DNA of 64,000 nt from a virus. Taxonomy: Duplodnaviria; Caudoviricetes. The stretch lies in IMG/VR virus record IMGVR_UViG_3300045596_000094, positions 192,001-256,000 of that record; one strand, 5' to 3'. Shown piece by piece: positions 38,301 to 47,339 of the stretch; within the stretch, counting starts at the first letter, position 1, and every line of letters starts with the position of its first letter. The position numbers and the translations under genes were made by a program. Under the pieces are notes generated by a model. The model was not told the origin of the DNA and did not search any database. It saw only the letters and a program-made list of their open reading frames with translations.

Positions 38301-39700
38301 AAGCAGGGAATAAGTTCTTATCTAATCCTAACATCGATTACAAAACAGGTGCTGATCTCATCGGTCGTGAATATATTCGTTGGCGCATTGACGACCCTAA
38401 ATACCGTGCAGGTGGTTTACGAAACCGTGATGGTTTCTACAACATGCTGAATCAACAGTTAGGGGCTCCGCAAAAGAATGCTGATTCAGGTCAGGGTTCC
38501 GGTCAAGCTAAACCAGCGAATAAAAATGCTTCTAGTGAACTACCACCATATCTGAAACGAGCTCCTGGTAACCCAGATGCAAAACTGTTAACCAGTGACG
38601 GTAAGTTAAATAAACCTAACCTATCAGACACAGGCACAGCGAAACAACTGGCAGGTGCGGGTATTTACGTAGGGCCGGGTGCTGCTTCTGGCGGTGGAGG
38701 TACCTCTGGTCAAGCAGGTGCATTAAAAGCATTCCTAGAAACACTGAGCCCTGATAAGATCAAAGCTGGTGCCACTTTCGTTGTTAAACAAAACAACGAC
38801 GTTGACCTTCGCGGAATGAAGCAAGACTTCATGGCGATATTCTACGCTATGGCGTACGACTATAATCAACGCACTGGTAAGAAAATTCAGGTTAACTCAG
38901 GTTATCGTAGTGTGCAGAAACAAAAGCAACTCTACGATGCTTGGATTGCTCGCGGTAAGACTGGTGGTGCTGTGGCTAAACCTGGTAACTCGCGCCACAA
39001 TAGCGGTGTGGCTATTGATATTAACTCGGCTACCGCAAATGAGTTAGATAGCATGGGTCTATTGAAGAAATACAGTTTCCATAGACCGGTGCGTGGTGAG
39101 GCATGGCACTTAGAAAACCATTTCTTCTCCGCTGCTAAATTGACTCAGGATGCTTTAAAGCAAGCTGAATCTGGTGGTGTATCAGATTCACAGGTAGAAA
39201 ACGCACAAGCTCAGTTAGATGCTTCTGAAGGTCGTTTCCAACAGAAGGGTTTAACCGGTAAAGCTTCTGCTACATTCGATCCGTCCACTGGTAAAGTGAC
39301 GTATGCGAATGGAACTACCGCAGGTGCGCCAAAGATCCCTGGTGTTACTTCATCTGGGTCTACAGCTAAACCAGCTACAAACACCAGTAGTTTCACAGCC
39401 AATCAGCCAACGCCAACACCGACGCGTAGAGTTACACAAACTTCAGCGGCGGCAGAGCGTAGTTCGGTGGTTGCTGAAGCAACTAATCGTCGTCAGACTG
39501 AGGAGCAAGCTACGCAAAATGTTGAGCAGACCAATCTCATGAAACAACAAGTTTCATTACAGACTGAGATGTTGAAAGCATTGCGTAGCATTGATACTAA
39601 ACTACAGGGAGGGAGATCTCAACAGACCTCACAGTCGCAGAACTTTAGATCTGCGGATGTAAATACTCCTGTTAGTATGAGTGTCAGACCAATAAATTAA
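32357..39700 (+). CDS. Tape-measure-type tail protein (phiKZ gp181-like) with tail-lysozyme and M15 peptidase domains
   Basis: About 2.4 kaa, Ala/Gly-rich, divergent from vRNAP operon; AEVGRENSYNP..GMISWQGDR lysozyme-like; NSGYRS..PGNSRHNSGVAIDI..EAWHLE M15 motifs. Confidence 0.88.
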   Translation: MVKKTEHYDFDFPEWDDFGDNGEGGFRESSKKGGKRKAITEFGGSFLSGIKKNLLNKDTQRKFIENAMPSSGYTRLFDSAHMVKDSISDLSYSLKGDIRKVSDDFREPLKTLERAHRDNRFVPKKISEKIRGWESNSYGNTSSGSRKDKFDSDMAGIFDGFDTAQAASTVQTKKAIRESSDKATAVGVMNTKATLAVAQGINETNAGIGRLVAFNEKVTGRAMRKQLELQFKQYVTAREQLDVLQQMRDLQSKSFDSLVKNTGLPEAVKVTNFEMANQQLKRQLFGAANRRVANSFKDIGARMLEDLKVNASSFIDLAGVGLAGGLSGYANSVENKALDREMGLGESRARKAGNLGGQAATWLLSSYGGKMFNKKFGNNPNIKKYSDMLLNASDNSAHWFNRVVNERTDSQVANALIDILGLDKYTFKENPKVRGSAVPDLEKQAFFNVQSQLALTEVIPGHLRTMSRFLEIMATGNQDVETERYDYETGKFVRDSALVDRYNKRLFGAERSKTVKENVDNVIREMDTKNQLSPKAKRELRRHLLDTARYDQKNVDIRALISDDSPLSSDVADEVARVLGGVDNFNMDPSAPYDRSSHKDMFKSSIEGSNEYHSRTRNVNEAMRNLRDVLPNNMQAAIDISRQGHTDLLERIGAINYVGDTYNLDRQKEMDYYLSGGAKSTNYTSAPNTNTRSTMGPPNFRGPINPYMGGSKVSDGVFDQPTTTVGSDALQLLQENITAAIERNSTVDLHRISNELLDAIRMQLEMGINTNAGDSSDGTTARNTSRRNSWFSKVMTPFRKGLGGMATYTKTMYGKVIPGIVKAPFKLARSAWDGLKSLGGAKGVYDITAKKVKDTVGDVYAMGKSSPLLEKSKMVAGEYYDQATGKHIKTFKDIQGAVVDKEGKVVLTIEDFKQGLFTVRNGKPVRLLTGALGLAWKGTKGLLTLGTKPYAWMGRGLFGAAKIAGKMLFGTSKFQDVYVPGERSPRLMASVLAAGGYFNEDGSVIKSIDDIKGDIKDATGKVRLTLAEMTEGLVDSAGKPLESFKKKSASLLGIAGGASVLGAKAAWAIGSGAAKLYGKALRGMGRGAKGIFSSIFGRKKGQNAGIGGFDDFTMKMLAHQADKVDQIYDLLDKRLPENKRRFDDIDGDGLREGSRESWLSKLANRTEEKTDEKKPEDKKQKGIFGLLMAAVSGIGGLVGTLKGWASRIFGLMRATAMMRAGGSLMSGLGGLLGGLGGRRGRAGRAAGRTASRAARAGSFVKNNAGKMLGFGLLAGAAGMAFGGIGSEGTSAFNLLGKAEQEALKESGALSGGDPLAGADGGGSDQGGSGGFWDNLKNAVIGGVGGEAAAILGGMGLSALIGKVTGRKGGTPSAVKPSAKPTGMLGKAGNFLFKNKYGRLLTAGASAAGLYTGMNALTGDDSEVNPQTAALKSMGITMGIDAGLGYGVPWLMDKFGKGGRAAGTAAEAAQAASGVGTAATAAGAASKAGMLARLGGGLGKAARFAGKAAIPLTLAMGAMDAYNTEGTFGDKAGAFAGSVAPGLLGIGALKLAANPLARAAMWQGARSLAAGAGSLIAGTVGMPVALTAAAIAGAGYLGYKAYKRWFKKDKQALVRFRMAQYGFDLDKKERSDLLLQLEKLAMDCVTIKGEQAEFNKNLSAEKITSLFGILAEDRTSLKQFEAWFMYRFRPVFLKAYGVNYKITKKKDLHAADDNMAREEKMQYLQNTNSFFETPSPYKVTISPFPDEGKTPYSEEDVADAYKKAMRDVKKEKTRAEVDKDKAKDDLDKEVNRRETAKIDNRLDWEQEERNRTKQDLAARAEKSGSIVDKAKSMAYNAYDKIAGSIFGKALSNIGAGISDAAGSAYTMFTGNVNMSKSQKQWQMMVYKAFKTAGFSDMQSRILTAEVGRENSYNPQHLFGGHADPHRGANLGMISWQGDRRTRLADRLRKAGLLTGGDRIAPGQPALDEQARYVMWELRNTHAKAGNKFLSNPNIDYKTGADLIGREYIRWRIDDPKYRAGGLRNRDGFYNMLNQQLGAPQKNADSGQGSGQAKPANKNASSELPPYLKRAPGNPDAKLLTSDGKLNKPNLSDTGTAKQLAGAGIYVGPGAASGGGGTSGQAGALKAFLETLSPDKIKAGATFVVKQNNDVDLRGMKQDFMAIFYAMAYDYNQRTGKKIQVNSGYRSVQKQKQLYDAWIARGKTGGAVAKPGNSRHNSGVAIDINSATANELDSMGLLKKYSFHRPVRGEAWHLENHFFSAAKLTQDALKQAESGGVSDSQVENAQAQLDASEGRFQQKGLTGKASATFDPSTGKVTYANGTTAGAPKIPGVTSSGSTAKPATNTSSFTANQPTPTPTRRVTQTSAAAERSSVVAEATNRRQTEEQATQNVEQTNLMKQQVSLQTEMLKALRSIDTKLQGGRSQQTSQSQNFRSADVNTPVSMSVRPIN

Positions 39701-39707
39701 TTATTTG

Positions 39708-39750
39708 GACACTGGTGGGTTCGTCCTGCCAGTGTCTATGTTTCTATTTT
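39708..39750 (+). terminator. UUCG hairpin followed directly by TATG
   Basis: gacactggtggg-ttcg-tcctgccagtgtc then tatgtttctatttt. Confidence 0.75.
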
Positions 39751-39764
39751 TGGAGTATTTGAAT

Positions 39765-42158
39765 ATGGCTGGAGTAGTTGTACAAGACCAGACCAATGTC
39801 GGGAATATCCGCGACGTTGATTGGGTTGCCAAATCGTTTCTACTCGGCGGGGAACGAATCGAAAAGAACGCAGAACTAAAACGATGGAGAAAGTTCTCAA
39901 CCGCGGATACTAAATTTGTAGGCTCGGGTATTGGTGAACATACGGTAATCAACCCGTCACCACAGTTCACCCCAATGGCGGATATTCCACGCCAAGGTTT
40001 GTGGGTTCGTAAAGGCGAGCCGTTATTCACCCCTGGAGATAAAGAAAATGTATTCTTTGGTTTAGGTCGTGGTTATTCTGAAGGGATAGATGATCATTTA
40101 CAAGTTGTACATATGCGTTTCGGTGTAGTTCACTACAAAGGACTTATTACATTTTTCACGAGTTTTTACGATGCCGAAGCTGCTAACCTTGCCCGCTATG
40201 GTCGAGCAAGTATCAGTTATTACGCTGGTCTCATTGCAGGCACAATTGCTACGCTACCTTTAGCGCCATTAATTCTCGTAGGTAAAGCTTGGCGATTCTT
40301 CACAGGACGCTCAAGTTCTAAGTTTGCTGATTTTAAACAAACGATGCCTTTATTTTGGACACGTATGCAAGTCATTTACAATATCCTTGGTGCTAACCTT
40401 GGTGTCATTGCACGTACTTGGGAGAATGAAGGGGTCTATGGTAACGGGGCGGATAAGTTTGATGATCTTACCGATAAGAGTAAAGACTCAGCGTATCGTC
40501 GTTACATGCATAGACTCATTCCAGATCTCTTTAAAGAAGATGGTCGTTTAGATATCTTCACTGTAGCGAATGCCGCATCAAAACGATCTGTGAAATACCA
40601 AGCAATGATTGAGAAGATCGTGGGTAGCGCGAATAGCATGACAGCCATGCGTGAACAGATCCTTAACCTGATAGATAAGACAACCGTAGTTGGTGAGAAT
40701 TCGATCGGGATTGAAGAATATCTGAAAAAATACCATGAGTCGGTGTACGGGTCTGTCGCAGAGATGAATCTCGATGTTGACGGTATGGAAGATGAAACAT
40801 CTAAAGCGATCAACGCAGTCGCATCTGGTGAAGATCCAGACGCATTAACCCGATTAGGTCAGGCAGCTTCTCAAAGCGGTACGGATGGTAATGCGCAGAA
40901 CTCTGGAGCCATTGGTAACGATCAAGCAGCAGATCAATCAGCAGTCACCAACCTTACCAATCAAAGTAACTATATGGCTGGTATCGAAGGGATGGGGATG
41001 GGTGGTTCTGGCGGCACTGGTGCGAGTAAAACAGGCGGTGCTACGGGATCAGGTACAACCAATGAAGTTGATGCTAACGGTAACCCTATTTCACCAAAGG
41101 TGACGGTAGAAGGTTCCAGCACAGCCCTAACCTCATCAGGTTATAGTCGTGAAAATGAAATGAAGGACGTTATTGTCTCTCGGGATAAGAACTCGGAAGG
41201 TAAAAGCGTAGTTGAGCGCATCGATGGTTGGTTTAGTCGTTTTGCTGAACAAGCTGTGAGTGAATGGAATCAGGGTGCTGCTTTTTTAAATGTCGCAGTT
41301 AACTATACCGGCTCTAGTTCTATTTCACTTTCCAATTCACTGAAACAGACAACCATTCAGACACTGTTTAACGGAACCTCGGCAACCTCTCGAGATACCC
41401 GTATCTCATTAGCTGATTATAAGACTGGTTTTGATTTTATCGACGCCGGTACGAAAATGATTGGTGGGTTTGTATCTGGTGCTGCTGACGGGCTGCGTTT
41501 ATCCGGTTTAATGGCATTGGCTGGGAATGCGTTTGTTGATATCCCTCAGCAATGGGATAACTCCGACGTTACATTCCCTACAGCTTCTTTTGAAATCGAA
41601 GTACGGACAGCAAACCCAGGTAACCCATTAAGTGCTTATCTAAATCTATACCCAGTGGTTGCTGCCTTACTTGCTGGAGCAATGCCCCAATCCACAGGAC
41701 CTCAGTCATATACCTCACCGTTTGTTTGCGAATGTTATTGTCAGGGTTTAGTCGCCATCAGATTAGGGATGATGACAGAACTCACCATCACGGCAGCTCC
41801 TGGTAATTTAGGTTATACTAAAGACCGCAGACCTTTAGCGTTTAATATCTCGTTCACTGTAGCGGATATGAGTTCCATGATGCATATGGGGGTATCGAAT
41901 GGGTTTAACGTTGGTAGCCCACTTAAACGTACCTTGGATGACGATAGTGCTTTCTTAGACTATCTATCGACTATCACAGGTCTGCATATGCGGGATATGA
42001 CTAACCCTCACCGTAAACTAGCTTTACGTGTTGCTGCTCGCATGCAGGACTATAAAGCATGGATGTCGCCTGAACATATGGCTTCCCGTATCTTTGGTCG
42101 GGATGGTATTTTGGGTTTGAATAAAATGTTTGGTGCAACAAACTGGCCGGGTGTTTAA
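39765..42158 (+). CDS. Virion structural protein (phiKZ gp182-like)
   Basis: Follows gp181-like gene; RKFSTADTKF, INPSPQFT, SYTSPF motifs; start moved to MAGVVV (RBS GGAG). Confidence 0.75.
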   Translation: MAGVVVQDQTNVGNIRDVDWVAKSFLLGGERIEKNAELKRWRKFSTADTKFVGSGIGEHTVINPSPQFTPMADIPRQGLWVRKGEPLFTPGDKENVFFGLGRGYSEGIDDHLQVVHMRFGVVHYKGLITFFTSFYDAEAANLARYGRASISYYAGLIAGTIATLPLAPLILVGKAWRFFTGRSSSKFADFKQTMPLFWTRMQVIYNILGANLGVIARTWENEGVYGNGADKFDDLTDKSKDSAYRRYMHRLIPDLFKEDGRLDIFTVANAASKRSVKYQAMIEKIVGSANSMTAMREQILNLIDKTTVVGENSIGIEEYLKKYHESVYGSVAEMNLDVDGMEDETSKAINAVASGEDPDALTRLGQAASQSGTDGNAQNSGAIGNDQAADQSAVTNLTNQSNYMAGIEGMGMGGSGGTGASKTGGATGSGTTNEVDANGNPISPKVTVEGSSTALTSSGYSRENEMKDVIVSRDKNSEGKSVVERIDGWFSRFAEQAVSEWNQGAAFLNVAVNYTGSSSISLSNSLKQTTIQTLFNGTSATSRDTRISLADYKTGFDFIDAGTKMIGGFVSGAADGLRLSGLMALAGNAFVDIPQQWDNSDVTFPTASFEIEVRTANPGNPLSAYLNLYPVVAALLAGAMPQSTGPQSYTSPFVCECYCQGLVAIRLGMMTELTITAAPGNLGYTKDRRPLAFNISFTVADMSSMMHMGVSNGFNVGSPLKRTLDDDSAFLDYLSTITGLHMRDMTNPHRKLALRVAARMQDYKAWMSPEHMASRIFGRDGILGLNKMFGATNWPGV

Positions 42159-42179
42159 AAATAAAATAAACCATAATCG

Positions 42180-42209
42180 AATAGAGAGAGCCCTAGGGCT
42201 CTCTCTATT
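42180..42209. terminator. Perfect 30-bp CCCTAGGG palindrome between convergent genes
   Basis: aatagagagagccctagggctctctctatt. Confidence 0.82.
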
Positions 42210-43285
42210 TATGACCAATTTAAATATTTGTATTTTCCACTAAGCGCTTTCTTAAACGGTACAATATCGTACGTACCCGCTATTGCTAAAGGGTCAACAT
42301 ACATATCGAATGTGAAGAAGCATTCTTTGGTAAAAGTCGATGCATTCTTGAAAACATCTAAATCATAAACTTTAGTTGACTGCCCATCAATGAATTTATA
42401 CATCCATTCTTTACGGATCTTTTTCAAGGTTTCATCAAGTTTCTTAGCGGTGGCTTCTGTGGCTTCTGGATAAGAAGTTGTTGATCTGAAGTTTGCAAGA
42501 ATATCCGCAATAAGGTTAGGATTCTGTCCGAGTAACTCCTCACCACTGGCGTGACTCAACATGGTTTGCAGATAATCCAAATCTGATATGGCATAATTAT
42601 CTTTGGCAGATGCTGTAACGACTTGTTTCTTTTCATCGTCACTCAGTTTCTCAATTAACTTATCCATTACCCCGGGAAGGTTAAATTCCACGGCAGCTTT
42701 ATTGAGTGCTTTATAAACTGCTAACGTGTCAGATAGGTTAAAGATCTTAATGAATTCGTCATCGTCTGAAATAGATGCGATATAATCAGAAAGTGTTTGT
42801 AAGTTGGTGATATCTTTGAATCCACGCATGGTTGTTTTTAAACCTGCCTGCGTTACATCGATATTCTTAAAACCTGCCTGTACTGATTTTTCTAAACTAC
42901 TACCACCTGCAACCTTTGTAATCGCATCTAAACGCTTACCAAGTTCAGTATTATAAAAACCCAATGACTTCAAAATATCATCAGTAACCATACCGGTGTA
43001 GGTTTTCATCTCACCAGATGTCTGACCAGTAACCCCAGAAGCGCGATTTAGAGCACCATCCCAATCTACCTTACCGTTGGTTGCATAACCTTTAGCTACT
43101 TCTTTTAAAATATCGCTAAACGGATTTGAACTTTTATTTACAGCGCCACCAATCCCGTTGGTGTCTGTGGCTAATCCAGGTGTGGCATTAGTAGGGCGCT
43201 TTGGCGGATCTTTATAGACATCTACCGTGGCGGCTTTATTATCAGGACCACTTGTGAAACTTGTGTTCGCTAACTGTAAAGGCAT
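42209..43285 (-). CDS. Putative virion structural protein (phiKZ gp139-like)
   Basis: N-terminal FTSGPDNKAATVDVY recalled from phiKZ-like structural proteins; RBS GGAG. Confidence 0.5.
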   Translation of the reverse strand: MPLQLANTSFTSGPDNKAATVDVYKDPPKRPTNATPGLATDTNGIGGAVNKSSNPFSDILKEVAKGYATNGKVDWDGALNRASGVTGQTSGEMKTYTGMVTDDILKSLGFYNTELGKRLDAITKVAGGSSLEKSVQAGFKNIDVTQAGLKTTMRGFKDITNLQTLSDYIASISDDDEFIKIFNLSDTLAVYKALNKAAVEFNLPGVMDKLIEKLSDDEKKQVVTASAKDNYAISDLDYLQTMLSHASGEELLGQNPNLIADILANFRSTTSYPEATEATAKKLDETLKKIRKEWMYKFIDGQSTKVYDLDVFKNASTFTKECFFTFDMYVDPLAIAGTYDIVPFKKALSGKYKYLNWS

Positions 43286-43361
43286 AGCAAATCTCCAAAA
43301 ATAAAAATATTCACAGAATCATAGAATCAGTCTGGGACTAACCCAGACCGATCCTTTTAAT

Positions 43362-43865
43362 TTAACTAGCGAGTTTTTCCTTAGAAGAAACATGAGTTTC
43401 CTTCTTACCGAAAGGAAATTTAACATCAGCCCTGAGCATCTCAGCTGAGGCAGGTTTAACTTCTTCACTCGTAGCCTCATAGCTATCGAACTGTGAACTG
43501 TCAATTACCGTCTCGTGTCGCTCAACCACCCCAAGTGGGAAATGCACATCTGCTTGAAAACGAACTGCCTCTACTCTAAGAATACTCATTCCACGTAAAA
43601 AAGTCTTCCAAGTCATAGTGGGTTCGGATAACGCTCGGATCAGGTTTCCCCGAATAGAGCTTCTTTGAGCAGTTTTAATGGTCCCTTCATTAATGTTTCG
43701 AATCAACCAAAGATTCAAACCTTTGTTAAAACCATCTTCGGTAATACGTCGCGTACGCAACATACTTCTCCAGAGATAAGTGAGGTCATCTTCAGCCTCA
43801 TCGATACGTTTGTCTGCTGCAGAAAGCATCCGACTAAGCGGTGTCTGTTTCTTTCGTTGAGTCAT
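43362..43865 (-). CDS. Conserved jumbo-phage hypothetical protein (phiKZ gp140-like)
   Basis: RSSIRGNLIRAL..MTWKTFLRGM motif. Confidence 0.6.
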   Translation of the reverse strand: MTQRKKQTPLSRMLSAADKRIDEAEDDLTYLWRSMLRTRRITEDGFNKGLNLWLIRNINEGTIKTAQRSSIRGNLIRALSEPTMTWKTFLRGMSILRVEAVRFQADVHFPLGVVERHETVIDSSQFDSYEATSEEVKPASAEMLRADVKFPFGKKETHVSSKEKLAS

Positions 43866-44472
43866 TTATTTTTCCATGTTTAATTAGTTCGTGTATGTAA
43901 TCCTCGACTAGAGTAACAACTTTAGAAATATTACGCTCAGCATAATCTTTCTTTACACTACTTAAAGTTGGGTGGGCTTTAAGTGCTGTGTAGGTTTCAT
44001 ACACGGTTAATGTTAATGACAAAATACTATCAAAAGCTTCTTTCACTGTACGACATTTTCCTTGGGAGATAAAGAGACTAAGCTCTTTATCCATAATCAC
44101 ACCTCTGGATAAACCTGTGATTTTAGGATCATCCAGATAAAAAGCATCATCAGGAAATTTCGTTTGGTTTGTTAGATACTCATTCACTTTATTTAAAAGT
44201 AAAAGATAATCTCCATGATTACCTAGTTGGCTTTTAATATTTTTATAAAGTTTAAAATCGAATGGGTCATCAGATAAATCAGTTGAGAAAGTTTTGAATG
44301 CTAACAAGGTATGGAATATTTCTAATACAGGATCTCCTTCTTGTTCGGTTTCTATAATGGGTTCTACAGGTAAAGGGTCAGTCACTGGCTCTACGGGGAG
44401 TATAATGATTTTATCATTTACCCAAATGCTTTTGAGCAACGCCATCAGCCAGGTAATAAAGCGGTGAAACAT
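43834..44472 (-). CDS. Hypothetical protein
   Basis: Start moved to MFHRFI (RBS GGAG). Confidence 0.75.
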   Translation of the reverse strand: MFHRFITWLMALLKSIWVNDKIIILPVEPVTDPLPVEPIIETEQEGDPVLEIFHTLLAFKTFSTDLSDDPFDFKLYKNIKSQLGNHGDYLLLLNKVNEYLTNQTKFPDDAFYLDDPKITGLSRGVIMDKELSLFISQGKCRTVKEAFDSILSLTLTVYETYTALKAHPTLSSVKKDYAERNISKVVTLVEDYIHELIKHGKINDSTKETDTA

Positions 44473-44499
44473 TTTAGAATATCTCCGTGGGTACATAGA

Positions 44500-44529
44500 G
44501 ATAATATGTATCTATAAAGTCTTTAAAGG
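44500..44529 (-). promoter_or_regulatory. Putative early-type promoter
   Basis: Minus strand ccTTTAAAgactttataGATACATATTATC. Confidence 0.55.
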
Positions 44530-44540
44530 AGTATTGTGCT

Positions 44541-45050
44541 ATGTCTGAATCAGAACTCACCGTACCACGCCGAATCACTACGGCTGAATTACTTGCTGGC
44601 GATACTCTGAATGATGACGACACACTCCGACTCGTTCGAAATGCCAGACTAACAATTACGGATAAATTATTAGAAGGTGGTATCCCTACTGATAAAGATT
44701 CGTTTGAGATGTTAAGTAAGAACTTAGCTGAGCTTGATAAATCCGCACTCAAATCCAAAGGATTGGCAATTGATGAATCTAATGCCGAAGCTAATGCAAA
44801 ACTTGCTGCCGCAGCTGCCGAAACCTTCTTTAAGAAAGTGGGTTCTGGTAAAGATCCATTCTTAGCAGAAGAGGGTCAGGTTGTTACTGTTATTGATCCC
44901 GTAGCGGAGATTCAAGGAACAGGTATTCCAGTTCCTGGAGAACTTAAAGTCGGGGATGACACAAAGTCATACGACGAGTTCATGAAGGAAGCTGGTGAGG
45001 GAATCGCCGAACGGGTTCGTTCTGGTGAGTTAAGTTTGAAAGACCTATAA
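44541..45050 (+). CDS. Hypothetical protein
   Basis: RBS AAGGAG; ends at palindrome. Confidence 0.82.
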   Translation: MSESELTVPRRITTAELLAGDTLNDDDTLRLVRNARLTITDKLLEGGIPTDKDSFEMLSKNLAELDKSALKSKGLAIDESNAEANAKLAAAAAETFFKKVGSGKDPFLAEEGQVVTVIDPVAEIQGTGIPVPGELKVGDDTKSYDEFMKEAGEGIAERVRSGELSLKDL

Positions 45051-45064
45051 CCGCATAGATGAAG

Positions 45065-45090
45065 ATAGAGTAGCCCTAGGGCTACTCTAT
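45065..45090. terminator. Perfect 26-bp CCCTAGGG palindrome between convergent genes
   Basis: atagagtagccctagggctactctat. Confidence 0.82.
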
Positions 45091-45118
45091 TGGATTTATG
45101 TTCTAGTATTGGCTGACA

Positions 45119-46480
45119 TTATTCGCCAAGTCGATACCAGATATTGACTGTAACCCCATAACCGTACGGGTTTGCAATCGTAGCGGTTGAATCATCGTCA
45201 CTTAACGTAACATCTAATTTACCCGCATCTTGTTCATTATCTGGACAATGTACGTTAAAATCATTAACCTTTGAGAGTGATCCGTCATGTAGTCCAAAGT
45301 TCACCGCAGAGGCAGCCGGATTAATTTTCAATGAGCTATATGGCGGGATAATTGCCTTGGCTAGGTATTCGTTATCGCCAACTAAAAACATACCTAACAG
45401 ACATTGATCTTTAGAAACCACTGCGTTATTTAAACCGGCCAATAGGTGCGATTTTCCGATTAAAGAAGCGATATGTTTACAAACTTCTGTGGGTATATCT
45501 GTATTATCTAAATCAATACGAATGACACGTTTTAGCGGGTTGCGGTCCACAGTAACGGTCAGAGCCTTTACTTCGTTACGAATATTTGTAATGTGGAATT
45601 GACCAATTTCAAATTTAGTAACGATTTCAACCCCATTAGTGTCGAAGCTAGGTACTTCACCGTCGACATCGAAACTAACATTGTCCACCGTAATTTTCAA
45701 TTCGTCTTCGTCTGTACCAGATTTACTTAACAGGACACCGTGACTTTTAATTTGACCAAGAATATTACAGTTGGATAATTCTGAATTAGCGTCGATATTG
45801 ATCGTAGCTCGATATTTGTCTTTGCCCACTTGACTAAGTGAAGCCAAACAACTATCTTCTTTCACTGGGATATCGATTACCTTATTACTTAATTGATGTG
45901 CGTATTCAATTAATTCTTCTTCAGAGCCAACGAATAAAAGCGTACCCGCATTTTTAACAACTTGGATTTTATCGATATTTGGACGATCTTCAATTAGACC
46001 CACCATTTCAAACACTGGGGTTTGGAACTTGTATGATTTCAACCATTTGTCTTTAGGGTAAAATTCCCCATCATTGCCTTCAACAGATTCTTTCACACGG
46101 TTGATGTATTGTGCAGTACGCTCATCAAATACGATATAGGTTTCAACCCCTTTATCCGCGTATTTCTGCTGGGTTTTTAATGCACCTTCTTCGCTGTCGT
46201 CTAAACGTGTAAACAGTTTAGAAACGATTTCTTCGTAGTCTTCGTCAAGCGAATAAGTGACCGAAGCTTTTTGCGCATCCAACAATACACGGATGTCTCC
46301 AGTGGCATCACGGAAATCTTCTTCGTTACGTTGGTTAAACGCTACAACCTGCTCAGCTGTTTCTTGTAATTGATAGGTTAGATGCTTCTGAAGATCTGAC
46401 CAAAGGTTATTTTTACGGTATCCCGCAATACGTTGCATTTCTTCTGAAGTTTTTGCAGCAGTTTCAGTTTGGCTAGTCAT
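45119..46480 (-). CDS. Hypothetical protein (acidic, beta-rich C-terminal half)
   Basis: 453-aa ORF; RBS AAGGA. Confidence 0.82.
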   Translation of the reverse strand: MTSQTETAAKTSEEMQRIAGYRKNNLWSDLQKHLTYQLQETAEQVVAFNQRNEEDFRDATGDIRVLLDAQKASVTYSLDEDYEEIVSKLFTRLDDSEEGALKTQQKYADKGVETYIVFDERTAQYINRVKESVEGNDGEFYPKDKWLKSYKFQTPVFEMVGLIEDRPNIDKIQVVKNAGTLLFVGSEEELIEYAHQLSNKVIDIPVKEDSCLASLSQVGKDKYRATINIDANSELSNCNILGQIKSHGVLLSKSGTDEDELKITVDNVSFDVDGEVPSFDTNGVEIVTKFEIGQFHITNIRNEVKALTVTVDRNPLKRVIRIDLDNTDIPTEVCKHIASLIGKSHLLAGLNNAVVSKDQCLLGMFLVGDNEYLAKAIIPPYSSLKINPAASAVNFGLHDGSLSKVNDFNVHCPDNEQDAGKLDVTLSDDDSTATIANPYGYGVTVNIWYRLGE

Positions 46481-46547
46481 TAGACAATCCTTAGTTTGGG
46501 TTTTAGAGAGAGGTTATTACTACAGGATAACAGAGATAAATAAATTA

Positions 46548-47339
46548 TTACTCATCTCTGATGGTTGCGTTATGTAACTCCATAGCGACGAATAAATCGG
46601 GTTCTAAAAGAGAGAAATGTTCAGCTCCGAGATACTCAAGATGGAAATACGTTTTCATCCAGAATTGGATTGATTCCAAAGGATCTGCTTTCTTACCTGC
46701 AGGGTTTTCAAAATCACGGAGTTCTTTGAGTTTTTCTAGACTCGTAAAAAGAGCAGGAGCATATATTGAGTTTCGTGGGCGTTCGTAACTTTCGATCTTA
46801 TCCTCATTCCCTTCACCGAAATGGGACGTTAACCATTCATCAAAATCATACATGATCGCTGTCGCAATCTTTAAACGATCCCATTCTACTGGATTAAGGT
46901 CTTTAATCGGAACACAGATAAAATCAATCTTTACCTGCTGTTTGAGTCGTGCGCGAATAGCACTCTCAATGGCTTCTAATTCGTCCGTAGTGAGGTTTTT
47001 ATACGGATGGTAGTTGACTATCAGGTCGAACCCGCTAATCGTGTGCGGTGCAGCCTGTGCTTGATCAAAGACCTGTTGTATTAGATCGGTGAGTTCAAAC
47101 ACGAAAGGGGTAATTGATGATGCGCGCAAATGGGTTTCATCGCGTTGTTTCCAGAGCTCTCTGAATTTACTAGAATCAACCCCTTGCTCTGACCAATCAT
47201 CCACCAAACGGGTACGGTACTTTTCAAAACTTTCTTTAGAGGAAACAATTGCTTTCGGTATTTCGGGGTCATAAGACCCTAGAACAGCTAGACGCGTATC
47301 AAGTATGCAGTCTAGCTGTATCATCAGGTTGTGTTTCAT
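46548..47339 (-). CDS. Conserved jumbo-phage protein, possibly HAD-like (phiKZ gp147-like)
   Basis: N-terminal IQLDCILDTRL and AIMYDFDEW. Confidence 0.55.
   Translation of the reverse strand: MKHNLMIQLDCILDTRLAVLGSYDPEIPKAIVSSKESFEKYRTRLVDDWSEQGVDSSKFRELWKQRDETHLRASSITPFVFELTDLIQQVFDQAQAAPHTISGFDLIVNYHPYKNLTTDELEAIESAIRARLKQQVKIDFICVPIKDLNPVEWDRLKIATAIMYDFDEWLTSHFGEGNEDKIESYERPRNSIYAPALFTSLEKLKELRDFENPAGKKADPLESIQFWMKTYFHLEYLGAEHFSLLEPDLFVAMELHNATIRDE

Noticed and set aside
34513-39402. Several 60-135-aa minus-strand ORFs inside the tape-measure gene (e.g. 35737-36144)
   Set aside because: Antisense shadows of an Ala/Gly-rich gene; no RBS or recognisable motifs
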